A stretch of DNA of 64,000 nt from NCBI GenBank assembly GCA_903828055.1, contig CAIKKP010000060.1, positions 1-64,000 of the forward strand, in the 5' to 3' direction. The notes under the pieces were generated by a model. The model was given only the letters and a program-made list of their open reading frames with translations, had not been told where the DNA came from and did not search any database. The stretch comes from an uncultured bacterium (lineage in GTDB: Bacteria; Patescibacteriota; Andersenbacteria; UBA10190; CAIZMI01). Position numbers and translations under genes: made by a program. Positions 32,175 to 41,222 of the stretch are shown here, piece after piece (position 1 is the first letter of the stretch; each line of letters begins with the position of its first letter).

Positions 32175-33770
32175 TTATGGTTGAATATTCGTTATATCTT
32201 TTTTGAGCCATTTTTCCGACTCTGGATCAAATTCATAAAGCTCGGTTGTTTTTGTGTCAGCCAGGTTTCGTCCTTTGGCCAACACCCATTCCCCCGCAGC
32301 GGGCGCGTAAACGCCGATAAGCGTATATTTTGAAGCCTGACCGCCCACTCCATCAACTTGGATCAATCGGCGCCAAAGCGTTGATCCCACCAAGTAATCG
32401 ACGTAAATTGCCCCAGGAACATGCGTAAACCAAACTCGTTGTGCGGTAACCGTTTCTCCCTCTCCCGCCACTGCAATCTCTCGGATATGCCCCATAACAT
32501 AACCGACAATCACTTCTTTTGCAAGCGGGAATTCGGCAGCTTGAGAATAGCCCTCCACAACAACATTAAGACGCAAAAATTGGATGATATCCGTCCGACT
32601 GGAAACCCCCGTAATGGAAACATCATTAAGGGCAGGCAAAATCTCTTGCGATACAACCTTACCGGTTTTTACGACCCTGGAAACCATTCTCTCCCCTGTT
32701 CCACCGGGCAAAATATAAGAAATTTCTGATCCGTCACCGGCCAAGATTACAGAACGCGAGTTTGCCTCGAGGTTGTAACTTTCTTTCGCGTCTTTGGTAA
32801 TGTTCCAAATTTTCACATCACCCTCCCCTTCTCTCACAACCAATGCCCCACCATTGCTCCACCCCAAGATTTCCACCTTGTCGGTTAAAAACGACGCCAC
32901 ATCTTTTTCTTGATTTAATTTTAAATCCCAAACACGCAAAACCGTTTTGACATTTTTTCCGTCTTTTTCACTTATCGCATAAATAACTTGTGTCCCACCG
33001 GGAGATGGAATCATCGAGTTACCCTGTAAGATATTTTTCCAATCAAATTTTATCGGCAAAATATCGGCACCTGTTCTATTGGGCGAACCTCTCAATACTT
33101 TTTCTCCGTCACGCAATAAAAATCCACCATTAGCATCCCAAAAAGGACCTTGCGTATTCTGGTTCAATCTCTCCACAGAAACACGCTTACGCGCTTTTTC
33201 CGCGGAATATGTCCAAAGTTCGGTCATTTTTTTTTGCGTACCATCCAAATAAAAAGCAATCGTCTTACCGTCATTGGCGGAAAAAACAGAACGCGGTTCA
33301 ACAAGCGGTGTTGAATCGGAAATCAAGGTTTGTTTATTATTTTCAATTCCTACACCAACCAAACTTCTTCCTTGTTCCCGAATATTTTTATTTTCAATTA
33401 AATAATAAATGTTTGTTCCATCCGTTACCGGCTTAACCGTCCGATCCACATTATCGGGTGGCGTAATAGTGCGAATAATACCATCGGAAGACAAATACAA
33501 ATCAGTCCACTGTTCAATTCCTTCTTTAGGTCGTTCGGAGACAACATATTTCGCCAATAAAATATCATCATTTGTTTTTTTAACGCCGGTAGTTTTAATC
33601 GTCTTGTTTTGATTAACCGATTGCGTCTCATCCGCCAACGGTGTGGCCGTGGGACTCAACGTCCCATTTTTTCCTCCAAGCGATATTTGACGCAGAATAT
33701 CCCCGCCATAAAAATAGGCAATCGTCACGACAATTATTCCGCCAATAATCCCAAGAAAGAATCTGCGCAT
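32175..33770 (-). CDS. membrane-anchored beta-propeller-like hypothetical protein
   Basis: Start trimmed to MRRFFLGIIGGIIVVTIAYF (TM segment). Strand-rich repeats follow. Confidence 0.45.
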   Translation of the reverse strand: MRRFFLGIIGGIIVVTIAYFYGGDILRQISLGGKNGTLSPTATPLADETQSVNQNKTIKTTGVKKTNDDILLAKYVVSERPKEGIEQWTDLYLSSDGIIRTITPPDNVDRTVKPVTDGTNIYYLIENKNIREQGRSLVGVGIENNKQTLISDSTPLVEPRSVFSANDGKTIAFYLDGTQKKMTELWTYSAEKARKRVSVERLNQNTQGPFWDANGGFLLRDGEKVLRGSPNRTGADILPIKFDWKNILQGNSMIPSPGGTQVIYAISEKDGKNVKTVLRVWDLKLNQEKDVASFLTDKVEILGWSNGGALVVREGEGDVKIWNITKDAKESYNLEANSRSVILAGDGSEISYILPGGTGERMVSRVVKTGKVVSQEILPALNDVSITGVSSRTDIIQFLRLNVVVEGYSQAAEFPLAKEVIVGYVMGHIREIAVAGEGETVTAQRVWFTHVPGAIYVDYLVGSTLWRRLIQVDGVGGQASKYTLIGVYAPAAGEWVLAKGRNLADTKTTELYEFDPESEKWLKKDITNIQP

Positions 33771-33903
33771 GTTTATGATCCAAGTATAACCCAAAAGCTT
33801 GGTTCTAGACGATTCGCAAAAAATCAGGCATGCTAGCGAACATAGATTGACGCAAAGTTCGTCTTTGCGAGGTCGCATGCAAGCGTGCCGAAGCAATCTG
33901 TAA

Positions 33904-33975
33904 GCCGGCGTAGCTCAGTGGTAGAGCACTTCATTGGTAATGAAGAGGTCGTGGGTCCGATTCCCACCTCCGGCT
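33904..33975 (+). tRNA. tRNA-Thr (anticodon GGT)
   Basis: GCCGGCGTAGCTCAGTGGTAGAGCACTTCATTGGTAATGAAGAGGTCGTGGGTCCGATTCCCACCTCCGGCT, with one C-U mismatch in the acceptor stem. Confidence 0.8.
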
Positions 33976-34101
33976 CTCGAGATTTGTTTCGCTCTGCGAA
34001 ACTATAAAATGTACACAAAATGACCAAACAGGACGTTTGGTCATTTTGCACAAGAATCGAAGAACTCCGAAAATACGCGTCAACAGACACGTATCTTCGG
34101 A
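33976..34101 (+). repeat. tRNA 3'-trailer structured element (copy after tRNA-Thr GGT)
   Basis: Starts at CTCGAG immediately after the discriminator base. GTTTCGC/GCGAAAC hairpin, then the 14-bp hairpin CAAAATGACCAAAC/GTTTGGTCATTTTG, then CTCCGAA...TTCGGAG. Confidence 0.75.
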
Positions 34102-34203
34102 GCCCTTCAATAACTTGCCAAACAAAAAATTATTACATTATTTTCTAAGTATTTTAATTTATATATGTTTGTTGTACTGTGAATCACAGAGAGGAGTTCA
34201 TTT

Positions 34204-34548
34204 ATGAAAAAAGTTGTTTACTGCAAACTAGTCAGAGATGGTATTCCTGCCCATCTTTCCAACCTTGGAATAACATCAGAAACAAGCGTAATTCCACCCA
34301 ATGAAATACTTGGCCACCTAAGAACAAAGTTGGTTGAAGAAGCACGCGAAGTCGAAAGATCTAAGGCAAGCAAGCTCACTCAGGAACTTGCTGACGTTTT
34401 GGCAGTAATGGAAGCCATAGCCGAAAAAGCGGGAATACAGTGGTCAACAATCATTACTGAAAAAGAACATATCGAGAAAGAGAAGGGGGCTTTCAATAAC
34501 GGAGTTTTCCTAATCTCCACTACCAAGCCCGACAAACCGACCAAGTAG
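34204..34548 (+). CDS. MazG-like / all-alpha NTP pyrophosphohydrolase family protein
   Basis: KLVRDGIP...EEAREV...ELADVLAVMEAIA pattern of the HisE/MazG-type house-cleaning NTP-PPases. Confidence 0.5.
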   Translation: MKKVVYCKLVRDGIPAHLSNLGITSETSVIPPNEILGHLRTKLVEEAREVERSKASKLTQELADVLAVMEAIAEKAGIQWSTIITEKEHIEKEKGAFNNGVFLISTTKPDKPTK

Positions 34549-34613
34549 TCGGTTTATTTCTTAATTCCAAGCACTTGAACAAAGCAGTTAATTTTGGCAT
34601 TATTGAGCACATT

Positions 34614-34695
34614 GGGCAGGTACCGAAGTGGTCAACCGGGGCAGACTGTAAATCTGCTGGCTCAGCCTTCGAAGGTTCGAATCCTTCCCTGCCCA
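34614..34695 (+). tRNA. tRNA-Tyr (anticodon GTA, long variable arm)
   Basis: GGGCAGGTACCGAAGTGGTCAACCGGGGCAGACTGTAAATCTGCTGGCTCAGCCTTCGAAGGTTCGAATCCTTCCCTGCCCA. Confidence 0.85.
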
Positions 34696-34699
34696 CTTA

Positions 34700-34941
34700 T
34701 TGAATTAGTTTTGCTTCGAACACTAAAGGTAGCTCCGAAATTTTGCGTCTCTTGTCGCAATCTTTCGGAGTTCTTTAACTCTTGTGCAATAACCCTGTTA
34801 TCACCCGAAGGGCTCCGAAACTTTGCGCATCCGAACGCAAATATTTCGGAGTTCTTCGATTATTGTGCAAAACGACTCAACGGGATGTTGAGTCGTTTTG
34901 TGTACATCTTTTTTGTTTCGCGAAGCGAAACTTATCTCGAG
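34700..34941 (-). repeat. tRNA 3'-trailer structured element (copy after tRNA-Thr TGT) plus a partial second unit
   Basis: Minus-strand read CTCGAGATAAGTTTCGCTTCGCGAAAC...TGTACACAAAACGACTCAAC-ATCCC-GTTGAGTCGTTTTGCACAATAATCGAAGAACTCCGAA...TTTCGGAG, then a degenerate repeat ending GAGCTACC. Confidence 0.7.
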
Positions 34942-35013
34942 AGCCGACTCCGAGATTCGAACTCGGGACCTTTGCTTTACAAAAGCATTGCTCTACCGCT
35001 GAGCTAAGTCGGC
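34942..35013 (-). tRNA. tRNA-Thr (anticodon TGT; anticodon-stem pairing atypical)
   Basis: Minus-strand read GCCGACTTAGCTCAGCGGTAGAGCAATGCTTTTGTAAAGCAAAGGTCCCGAGTTCGAATCTCGGAGTCGGCT. Acceptor and T-arm are canonical. The anticodon assignment depends on a 4-bp stem. Confidence 0.6.
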
Positions 35014-35079
35014 ATAGTAATCCAACTACCTTAAAGTTACTGTTTTTAAGATATTAGTCAAAGAGACTAAAAAGACAAA

Positions 35080-35112
35080 ATCCACCCCCGCCCTCCTTTG
35101 ATAAAGGAGGGA
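35080..35112. repeat. CCACCCCCGCCCTCCTTTGATAAAGGAGGG hairpin element (family copy 3)
   Basis: Related to 3328..3368 and 53958..53990, with a compensatory stem change (CCTCCTTT/AAAGGAGG). Confidence 0.6.
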
Positions 35113-35134
35113 AACGAACAATCCACACCAAGAC

Positions 35135-36478
35135 CTACCTCACCGCCACGCGTGCGAGATATTTCTTTGCTTCGACGTGATTTGGGTTTAACGCAAGAAT
35201 TTTCTTGGCCGTCATGTTAACAAGCGGACGACGATCCATGCGCGAAGAAATTATCAACAACTGTTCCAAGTATTCGATATTAGTTTCATCCATATTAAGC
35301 GCCTGTTGATACATAGAAAGCGCTTTGCCATATTCTCCAACCGACATATAACAATAACCTAATGGCCCCTGCAATCCGCCATGTTCCGGATCACGTCTTA
35401 ATGCTTCTTCAAAAACTTCACGAGCTTGTTCAAAATCCTTTCGTTTCAGGTAAACGATACCCAACAACCGATAGGCCTCAGTATTACGGGGATTTTTACT
35501 TAAAATATCAATAAGCGCTGATTCTGCAACATTATATTTACCTTCTAAAATCTGATTACTTATTTCTTGCGTCGCGTCCGTTAAAGCATAGGCCTCACGA
35601 TCGATAAATGAAATTTTCTTTTCTTCAATTGGACTTGAAAGTTCTGGAGCAGTAATCTCCCCCGCCTCATTTACTGAGAAAACCTCTTTTTCTTCAGACT
35701 CTTCCGCCATAATTGTTTTTTCCAATTCCTGCAGTGGAGTCGGCTTCGGCGCCATCTTGCCGACAATTCGACGACGATTACGAGTGCGTGTTTCCTTTGT
35801 TTTTCCCACGGAAAACGCCGGCTTTTCAACAACCGGTCCATCAACTGCTTTTTCAGGCACCATTTTAGTTTGCTCCGCATTAATCTCCTCAATAATCGCT
35901 TCCACCTGAGTTTCTACTATCTTGGGAATTTCTTTCCTAATTTTATCGACTGTTTTCTTTTTTGGCTGTGTCAAAGCAACCAATTCATTCGATAATGGTT
36001 CCGGATAACGTAATGGATTTCGTTGAACGCTTTTCATATCGGCTGTTGTTGCAACCGGCTCCACAAACTCTTCAATATTTCTATAATCAACTTCTTCCGA
36101 AGTCACATCTTTAAATCGACTCAAAACCGACAGATTTGGTTTTATCCGAGGCACCCTATGAAACAACTTCACCAATAAACTCCCAGCCAATTTCAAGGCA
36201 GGCCAAACATGCTTAACAACAAAAACAGCTTTAACTAACAAAAACTTCCAAATAGCATTTACTTTTGAAGCAATTCCCCCCAAATTATTTTTTTGGGGTT
36301 GCACCAACTGATGCACACGAGGATTAACCGGCAACTCATCTATTGGTTCCAAAGATTCTTTTTTATCTTTACGTTCCTTAATACTTCGAACAAAATCCGG
36401 CAAATGTCTTCCGAACACTATCAAAATCGCGCTTAAGGCGCCGATAATGAGAAGGATTGGTAGAAAAATTGCAGACAA
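35135..36478 (-). CDS. membrane-anchored TPR-repeat protein
   Basis: N-terminal TM segment. The C-terminal 150 aa show TPR-like repeats (AYRLLGIVYLKRKDFEQAREVFEEALRRDP...). Confidence 0.55.
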   Translation of the reverse strand: MSAIFLPILLIIGALSAILIVFGRHLPDFVRSIKERKDKKESLEPIDELPVNPRVHQLVQPQKNNLGGIASKVNAIWKFLLVKAVFVVKHVWPALKLAGSLLVKLFHRVPRIKPNLSVLSRFKDVTSEEVDYRNIEEFVEPVATTADMKSVQRNPLRYPEPLSNELVALTQPKKKTVDKIRKEIPKIVETQVEAIIEEINAEQTKMVPEKAVDGPVVEKPAFSVGKTKETRTRNRRRIVGKMAPKPTPLQELEKTIMAEESEEKEVFSVNEAGEITAPELSSPIEEKKISFIDREAYALTDATQEISNQILEGKYNVAESALIDILSKNPRNTEAYRLLGIVYLKRKDFEQAREVFEEALRRDPEHGGLQGPLGYCYMSVGEYGKALSMYQQALNMDETNIEYLEQLLIISSRMDRRPLVNMTAKKILALNPNHVEAKKYLARVAVR

Positions 36479-36489
36479 ATAACCTCCAA

Positions 36490-37083
36490 TTAAAGTTCCA
36501 TTCTTTGAAAACGCTCAACGAAAATATTTTCACCAATTTCTCCAATTTTTTGCGCAATCAAGTCACCGACGGTAATTTCGGGATTTTTTACAAAAGGCTG
36601 TGAAAGCAAAGCCCGTTCCGCCCTAAACTTGTCCATTTTTCCTTTAATGATTCCTTGAGCGATATTTTCCGGTTTGCCTAAACCAGCCACTTCTTTTTCT
36701 ACCGCTTCTTGCTCCTGCTTAACCAGTTCAACAGGAATAGAATCAGCGCTTACCGCCAACGGATCAGACGCGGCAACATGCATCGCGAGGTCTTTTGCCA
36801 GTTCTTGAAAAACAGGATTCATTGCCACAAAATCCGTCTCACAATGCAAAGAAACCAATGCCGCCAATTTATTATTACTATGAACATAACAACCAAGCAT
36901 GCCTTCAACTGCCGAACGATCAGCCTTTTTAGCTTGTTTGATTTTACCCTTTTCACGCAAAAACTTAATCGCCTTTTCTTCATCACCATCGGAAACCAAA
37001 AGGGCCTCTCTTACATCCATAATCCCAACACCCGTGCGGGCACGAAGTTGACGAATATTTTCCGTCGTAATTGTTGTTGTCAT
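36490..37083 (-). CDS. tsf: elongation factor Ts
   Basis: N-terminal UBA-like IRQLRARTGVGIMDVREAL and its position after rpsB. Confidence 0.9.
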   Translation of the reverse strand: MTTTITTENIRQLRARTGVGIMDVREALLVSDGDEEKAIKFLREKGKIKQAKKADRSAVEGMLGCYVHSNNKLAALVSLHCETDFVAMNPVFQELAKDLAMHVAASDPLAVSADSIPVELVKQEQEAVEKEVAGLGKPENIAQGIIKGKMDKFRAERALLSQPFVKNPEITVGDLIAQKIGEIGENIFVERFQRMEL

Positions 37084-37090
37084 TTTTTTA

Positions 37091-37269
37091 GGGCTTGATA
37101 ATTAATAAACGCTTTAAGATTATGTTCAATGCGCTTCAAAGATGACTGTCTTTGATTGAACAAAATCTTGAGACGTATTTGACATACGTTGAAAGATTTT
37201 TGATTGAGAAGCAGTTGTATTTGGAGATGGATTGGACATAAGATAAGGCGATTATTAATTATCAAGCCC
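37091..37269. mobile_element. MITE-like non-coding element copy 2 (179 bp) in the rpsB-tsf spacer
   Basis: TIRs GGGCTTGATAATTAATAAACGCTTT and AAGGCGATTATTAATTATCAAGCCC. Interior matches 15046..15223. The central hairpin ACGTAT/ATACGT covaries with copy 1. Confidence 0.6.
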
Positions 37270-37284
37270 TTATTATTAATAATA

Positions 37285-38007
37285 CTACCCCTTAACGGCT
37301 GTGGTGGCCACATCAACCACCTTGATCCCACCCTTACCTTCAATGATGGCGTCAGCGATAACTTTTACGACCACTTCCAAAGACCGTACTGCGTCGTCAT
37401 TGGCAGGAATCGGATAATCGATAACGGATGGGTCGGCATTAGTATCAACCAAAGCAATTGTCGGAACCTTACGCCGAACAGCTTCTTTCACGGCAATTTT
37501 TTCGTTGTGCGCGCCAACTAAAAACACAGCATTGGGCATTTTGCGCAATTCCTTTAACCCTTGCAAAACATCATCTAAACGTTTGATTTCATTTTTCAAC
37601 ACCGCACGCTCTTTCTTCGTAAGCATTTCCGCTTCAGGAGATTCCAGTGTAATCCGGAAATTTTCCAATTTATTAATGCTTTTCAAAATTGTTTCAAAAT
37701 TGGTGAATGTTCCACCCAACCAACGCGTGGTAATAAACGGCATTCCACAACGTTCAGCCTCGGCCTTAACAATGGCACGAGCCTGTCTTTTGGTTCCGAC
37801 AAACAACACTACCCCACCTTTACCTGCGATATTGCGCGCAAAAGTGGCCGCCTTTTCAAGAGAGCTTAATGTTTGCTGTAAATCCATCACGTGGATGTGA
37901 TTACGTTCCGTAAAAATATATGGCTTCATCTTGGGGTTCCATTTGGACGTTTCGTGTCCAAAGTGGACACCGGCCTCAAGAAGGTCTACTAAACTTGGTA
38001 ACGACAT
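37285..38007 (-). CDS. rpsB: 30S ribosomal protein S2
   Basis: [20 protein letters not shown]-terminus. Confidence 0.95.
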   Translation of the reverse strand: MSLPSLVDLLEAGVHFGHETSKWNPKMKPYIFTERNHIHVMDLQQTLSSLEKAATFARNIAGKGGVVLFVGTKRQARAIVKAEAERCGMPFITTRWLGGTFTNFETILKSINKLENFRITLESPEAEMLTKKERAVLKNEIKRLDDVLQGLKELRKMPNAVFLVGAHNEKIAVKEAVRRKVPTIALVDTNADPSVIDYPIPANDDAVRSLEVVVKVIADAIIEGKGGIKVVDVATTAVKG

Positions 38008-38250
38008 AAATTGATCCTTTCTTCCTCTTCGTCGCTCTTCAAATACCAGTTATATCTTCGACAGGCTCAGATTAAACTAGCAAGGAATGAAGTGCCTTCC
38101 CAATGGGAAACAAGACGAATGTGAGATAAATTAGCTAATAAACTTGTGGTGATAATCTAACAAAGAAGTAGTTTTTAGGCAAGGATCGACGATATATACA
38201 AAAAAAACCGACCCTAGTGGCCGGTTGAACCAGGTGGACACAAGAAGGTA

Positions 38251-38613
38251 CTACAGCATAGTTGCCTGTTGTGCTGACAGGTTCTTGCACCCATCAACAA
38301 CCACTTCTTGCTTCACACCACAAATAGCGCACAGCAAGTGTGCAAACTGTTCGATGCTTGTCTTTTGCCCCTCAACAAGCACGAACCAACATTCTACGCC
38401 CGTACAACAAATTTGCAGCTTACAAGCGGTCGTCAGCATACCAACCTGAAGGGTTTTCTCCTTCGTGGGACTCTCGGCAATCGTCGTGAGAAATGAGGGA
38501 ATTTTACCTTCCCACTCAACGACGTTTGGCGCGAGTTCAGCAAAGTACGCCAAAATGGCACGAAGCCTTCTCTCACTTAACGATTCAACAGTAATTCTCG
38601 ACATCTTCGACAT
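38251..38613 (-). CDS. hypothetical protein
   Basis: ORF with a downstream hairpin plus T-run. No similarity recognised. Confidence 0.35.
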   Translation of the reverse strand: MSKMSRITVESLSERRLRAILAYFAELAPNVVEWEGKIPSFLTTIAESPTKEKTLQVGMLTTACKLQICCTGVECWFVLVEGQKTSIEQFAHLLCAICGVKQEVVVDGCKNLSAQQATML

Positions 38614-38777
38614 CTTTGTTTCCTTTTTCTTCTTGTGGCCTTCTTGTAAGTAACAACGAACAAACCCGACTCAAAAATGTATACTTTGATATTAAAAAAG
38701 TCAATGATCAAAAAATACCCAAGGCAAGCCTTGGGATTACTACCGAATTTATTCCACTTATCCTGAAAAGGAGAAAT

Positions 38778-39074
38778 TCAATCGACTGGCGCCAAATGTA
38801 TCTTTGGTTTCTGCTCAACCGACAAAAGCGTTACGGGGGCCTTATTCCCCCACAGAACAAACCTTGCCAATACTCCCACGATGATGCTCGCCACGAGCAA
38901 TGTGTAGAAGCCGAAACGAACGACCGAAGTCCTATTGGCGAAGTTAACGAAGTCGTACTCGTAGCCGATGGTGAGCAGTACCACACCGATCACCATCGCG
39001 ATCGACGCGAAAAATTGGATCCGCGCCACATCATGAACTCGTTGTTGCAATAATTCCCGCCTACGTCCGAACAT
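38778..39074 (-). CDS. small membrane protein, hypothetical
   Basis: Two hydrophobic segments. Confidence 0.35.
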   Translation of the reverse strand: MFGRRRELLQQRVHDVARIQFFASIAMVIGVVLLTIGYEYDFVNFANRTSVVRFGFYTLLVASIIVGVLARFVLWGNKAPVTLLSVEQKPKIHLAPVD

Positions 39075-39221
39075 CTGTCACCTCCATAAGGTTAGTGGAC
39101 TAAAAACAAACAACCGACGAAATAGTTTGTTCCTAGAATCAAAAAATGTCAATGAATATATTAAAAAAAATACCCTTTCACATAACAGCGAAAGGGTTAC
39201 CACAATTTCGGACCCACTACG

Positions 39222-39425
39222 TCACGCATCGCCCACCAAGTGCTCCGGGGGTGGACTTCTTGCCGGCATAGGCCTTCTTTCAATTTCTGCTCTTTCTTGA
39301 CCTCCCATGTTTAACCTTTTGGGTTCGGGCAACCGTCGCCCCTGTGCCGATGCCGCCATTTGCGCAACCTTCGCCACGTTGTCCGGATGTGAGACCCCTG
39401 TATTCTCGGTCCCCTTGCCACTCAT
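39222..39425 (-). CDS. small hypothetical protein (possibly stress-protein-like, Gly-rich)
   Basis: ORF only. The frame choice is uncertain (an overlapping alternative frame exists at 39280..39495). Confidence 0.25.
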   Translation of the reverse strand: MSGKGTENTGVSHPDNVAKVAQMAASAQGRRLPEPKRLNMGGQERAEIERRPMPARSPPPEHLVGDA

Positions 39426-39570
39426 GACCAGACCTCCTGCTGATAGTCAAAAAACAAAAAAAGAACGCCCACTCCGATAAACCCCAGTATACCAACCTTC
39501 AAAATAACGTAAAGGTGGTAGATGTACACGAAATTGACAAAAAATAGCTTTTATCTATAATAATGGAGTT

Positions 39571-39858
39571 ATGAAACCTGAAATCCACCCAGAATACCAA
39601 GAAGCTCAAGTTACCTGTGCTTGTGGCAATTCTTTTAAAGTAGGCTCTACAAAAGCCGAAATATTCACAGAAGCATGTTCTGCCTGCCATCCTTTCTACA
39701 CGGGCACCAAGAAGATCATGGACACCGCCGGTCGCGTCGAGCGCTTTGCGAAATTGGTTGAAAAGACAAAGAAACAGAAGGAAGCCAAAATCATCGCCAA
39801 AGGCGCCCCAAAGAAGCTCCGCGAAAGCAAATCCACAAAGTCCAAAAAGATCGGTTAG
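39571..39858 (+). CDS. rpmE: 50S ribosomal protein L31
   Basis: MKPEIHPEY...CACGNSF...[10 protein letters not shown] zinc-ribbon pattern. Confidence 0.92.
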   Translation: MKPEIHPEYQEAQVTCACGNSFKVGSTKAEIFTEACSACHPFYTGTKKIMDTAGRVERFAKLVEKTKKQKEAKIIAKGAPKKLRESKSTKSKKIG

Positions 39859-39924
39859 TTATATTTTAATTTTACACATCGTTCCGAGTATTTCCGGAAC
39901 GATGTTTTCGTAAATGTTTTGTTC

Positions 39925-40075
39925 CTTCGTCATCCTTGCGAACCCCGCACCCTTGTGGTGCGTGGGCGAAACAATCTCCCGCGTCTTGTTTTTTTGAGAT
40001 TGCCACGCCTCGCCCATTCTAAAGAATGGTCGATGGCTTGCAAAGACGACGCTTGGCCCTCGCTTTATTTAAGTT
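39925..40075. repeat. multi-hairpin intergenic repeat element, copy A (with nested small hairpin module)
   Basis: GCGAA-[CCCCGCACCCTTGTGGTGCGTGGG]-CGAAACAATCTC..GAGATTGCCACGCCTCGCCCATTCTAAAGAATGGTCGATGGCTTGCAAAGACGACG. The nested hairpin matches the first hairpin of the tRNA T-loop insert. Confidence 0.65.
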
Positions 40076-40094
40076 TTCACGCTAAAAATAGATC

Positions 40095-41153
40095 ATGCCT
40101 TCCTTAATTGATATTGAAAAAGAATACCTACAACTTACTGAAAAATTGAGTTCTCTCAACGGACTTTCGCACGCCGAAATTGCCACGATATCATCGCGTC
40201 ATTCGGAACTCCAAAAAATCATGGATATTAAACATCGAGTGGATGACTTGAGAAACACCGTACAAGAAAACCAAAACATCTTACAGGAAGAAGACAATGA
40301 ACTAAAAATTTTAGCATTGGATGAACTACCAAAAACCCAGGAAGAACTTACTCTGGCCGAAAAAGAACTTAGACATTCCCTTCTCCCTAAAGATGAATAC
40401 GCTGACAAAAACGTAGTAATAGAAATCCGCGCTGGCGCCGGTGGTGATGAAGCATCCTTATTCGCTTCCGATCTTCTAAAAATGTATATGCGTTTTGCGG
40501 AAGCACAAAACTGGAAAACCCACTTAGTTGATGAAAACCACAATGAAGCCGGTGGGTTCAAAGAAATTATTTTTGAAATGGTTGGCAAGGGTGCATATGG
40601 AGCATTACAGTTTGAAAGTGGTGTCCATCGCGTTCAAAGAATTCCGGTAACTGAAAAAATGGGACGTATTCACACCTCTACGGCAACCGTCGTAGTATTG
40701 CCAAAAGCGGAACAAGTAGACGTCGAAATTCGCCCTGAAGATTTACGCGTTGAAACTTATCGCGCCGGCGGTCATGGCGGGCAAAACGTCCAGAAAACCA
40801 GCTCGGCGGTGCGTATTACCCACATTCCAACAGGCACCGTCGCGCAAAGTCAAAACGAGCGTGGACAAGCCCAAAACAAAGAATCGGCAATGGAAGTACT
40901 GCGTTCCCGCATTTTAGCCAAACAAATTGAAGATCAACAAAATAAAGAGGGTGTGGCCCGCCGTACCCAAATCGGCACAGGCGACCGCAGTGAAAAAATT
41001 CGTACGTACAATTTTCCGCAGGACCGCCTTACCGATCACCGTATCAAAGAATCCTGGCACGGTTTAAATCAAATCATGGATGGAAACATCATCGACATCA
41101 TCGATACCATTCGCGACGCCAATGAAAACAAGGCTCTCGGCGAATCTCTTTAA
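40095..41153 (+). CDS. prfA: peptide chain release factor 1
   Basis: GGQ motif (RAGGHGGQNVQKT) and the RF1-type PVT tripeptide. Confidence 0.92.
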   Translation: MPSLIDIEKEYLQLTEKLSSLNGLSHAEIATISSRHSELQKIMDIKHRVDDLRNTVQENQNILQEEDNELKILALDELPKTQEELTLAEKELRHSLLPKDEYADKNVVIEIRAGAGGDEASLFASDLLKMYMRFAEAQNWKTHLVDENHNEAGGFKEIIFEMVGKGAYGALQFESGVHRVQRIPVTEKMGRIHTSTATVVVLPKAEQVDVEIRPEDLRVETYRAGGHGGQNVQKTSSAVRITHIPTGTVAQSQNERGQAQNKESAMEVLRSRILAKQIEDQQNKEGVARRTQIGTGDRSEKIRTYNFPQDRLTDHRIKESWHGLNQIMDGNIIDIIDTIRDANENKALGESL

Positions 41154-41157
41154 GTCA

Positions 41158-41209
41158 CTTTAAGGGTCACCCCTAAAGTAAAACACTACTTTAGGGGTGA
41201 CCCTTAAAG
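41158..41209. repeat. palindrome CTTTAAGGGTCACCCCTAAAGT-aaaacact-ACTTTAGGGGTGACCCTTAAAG between prfA and prmC
   Basis: 22-bp perfect arms. Belongs to the TTTAAGG...CCCTAAAGT family with 51376..51423 and a solo half at 50768. Confidence 0.75.
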
Positions 41210-41222
41210 TCGCACGCAATTT

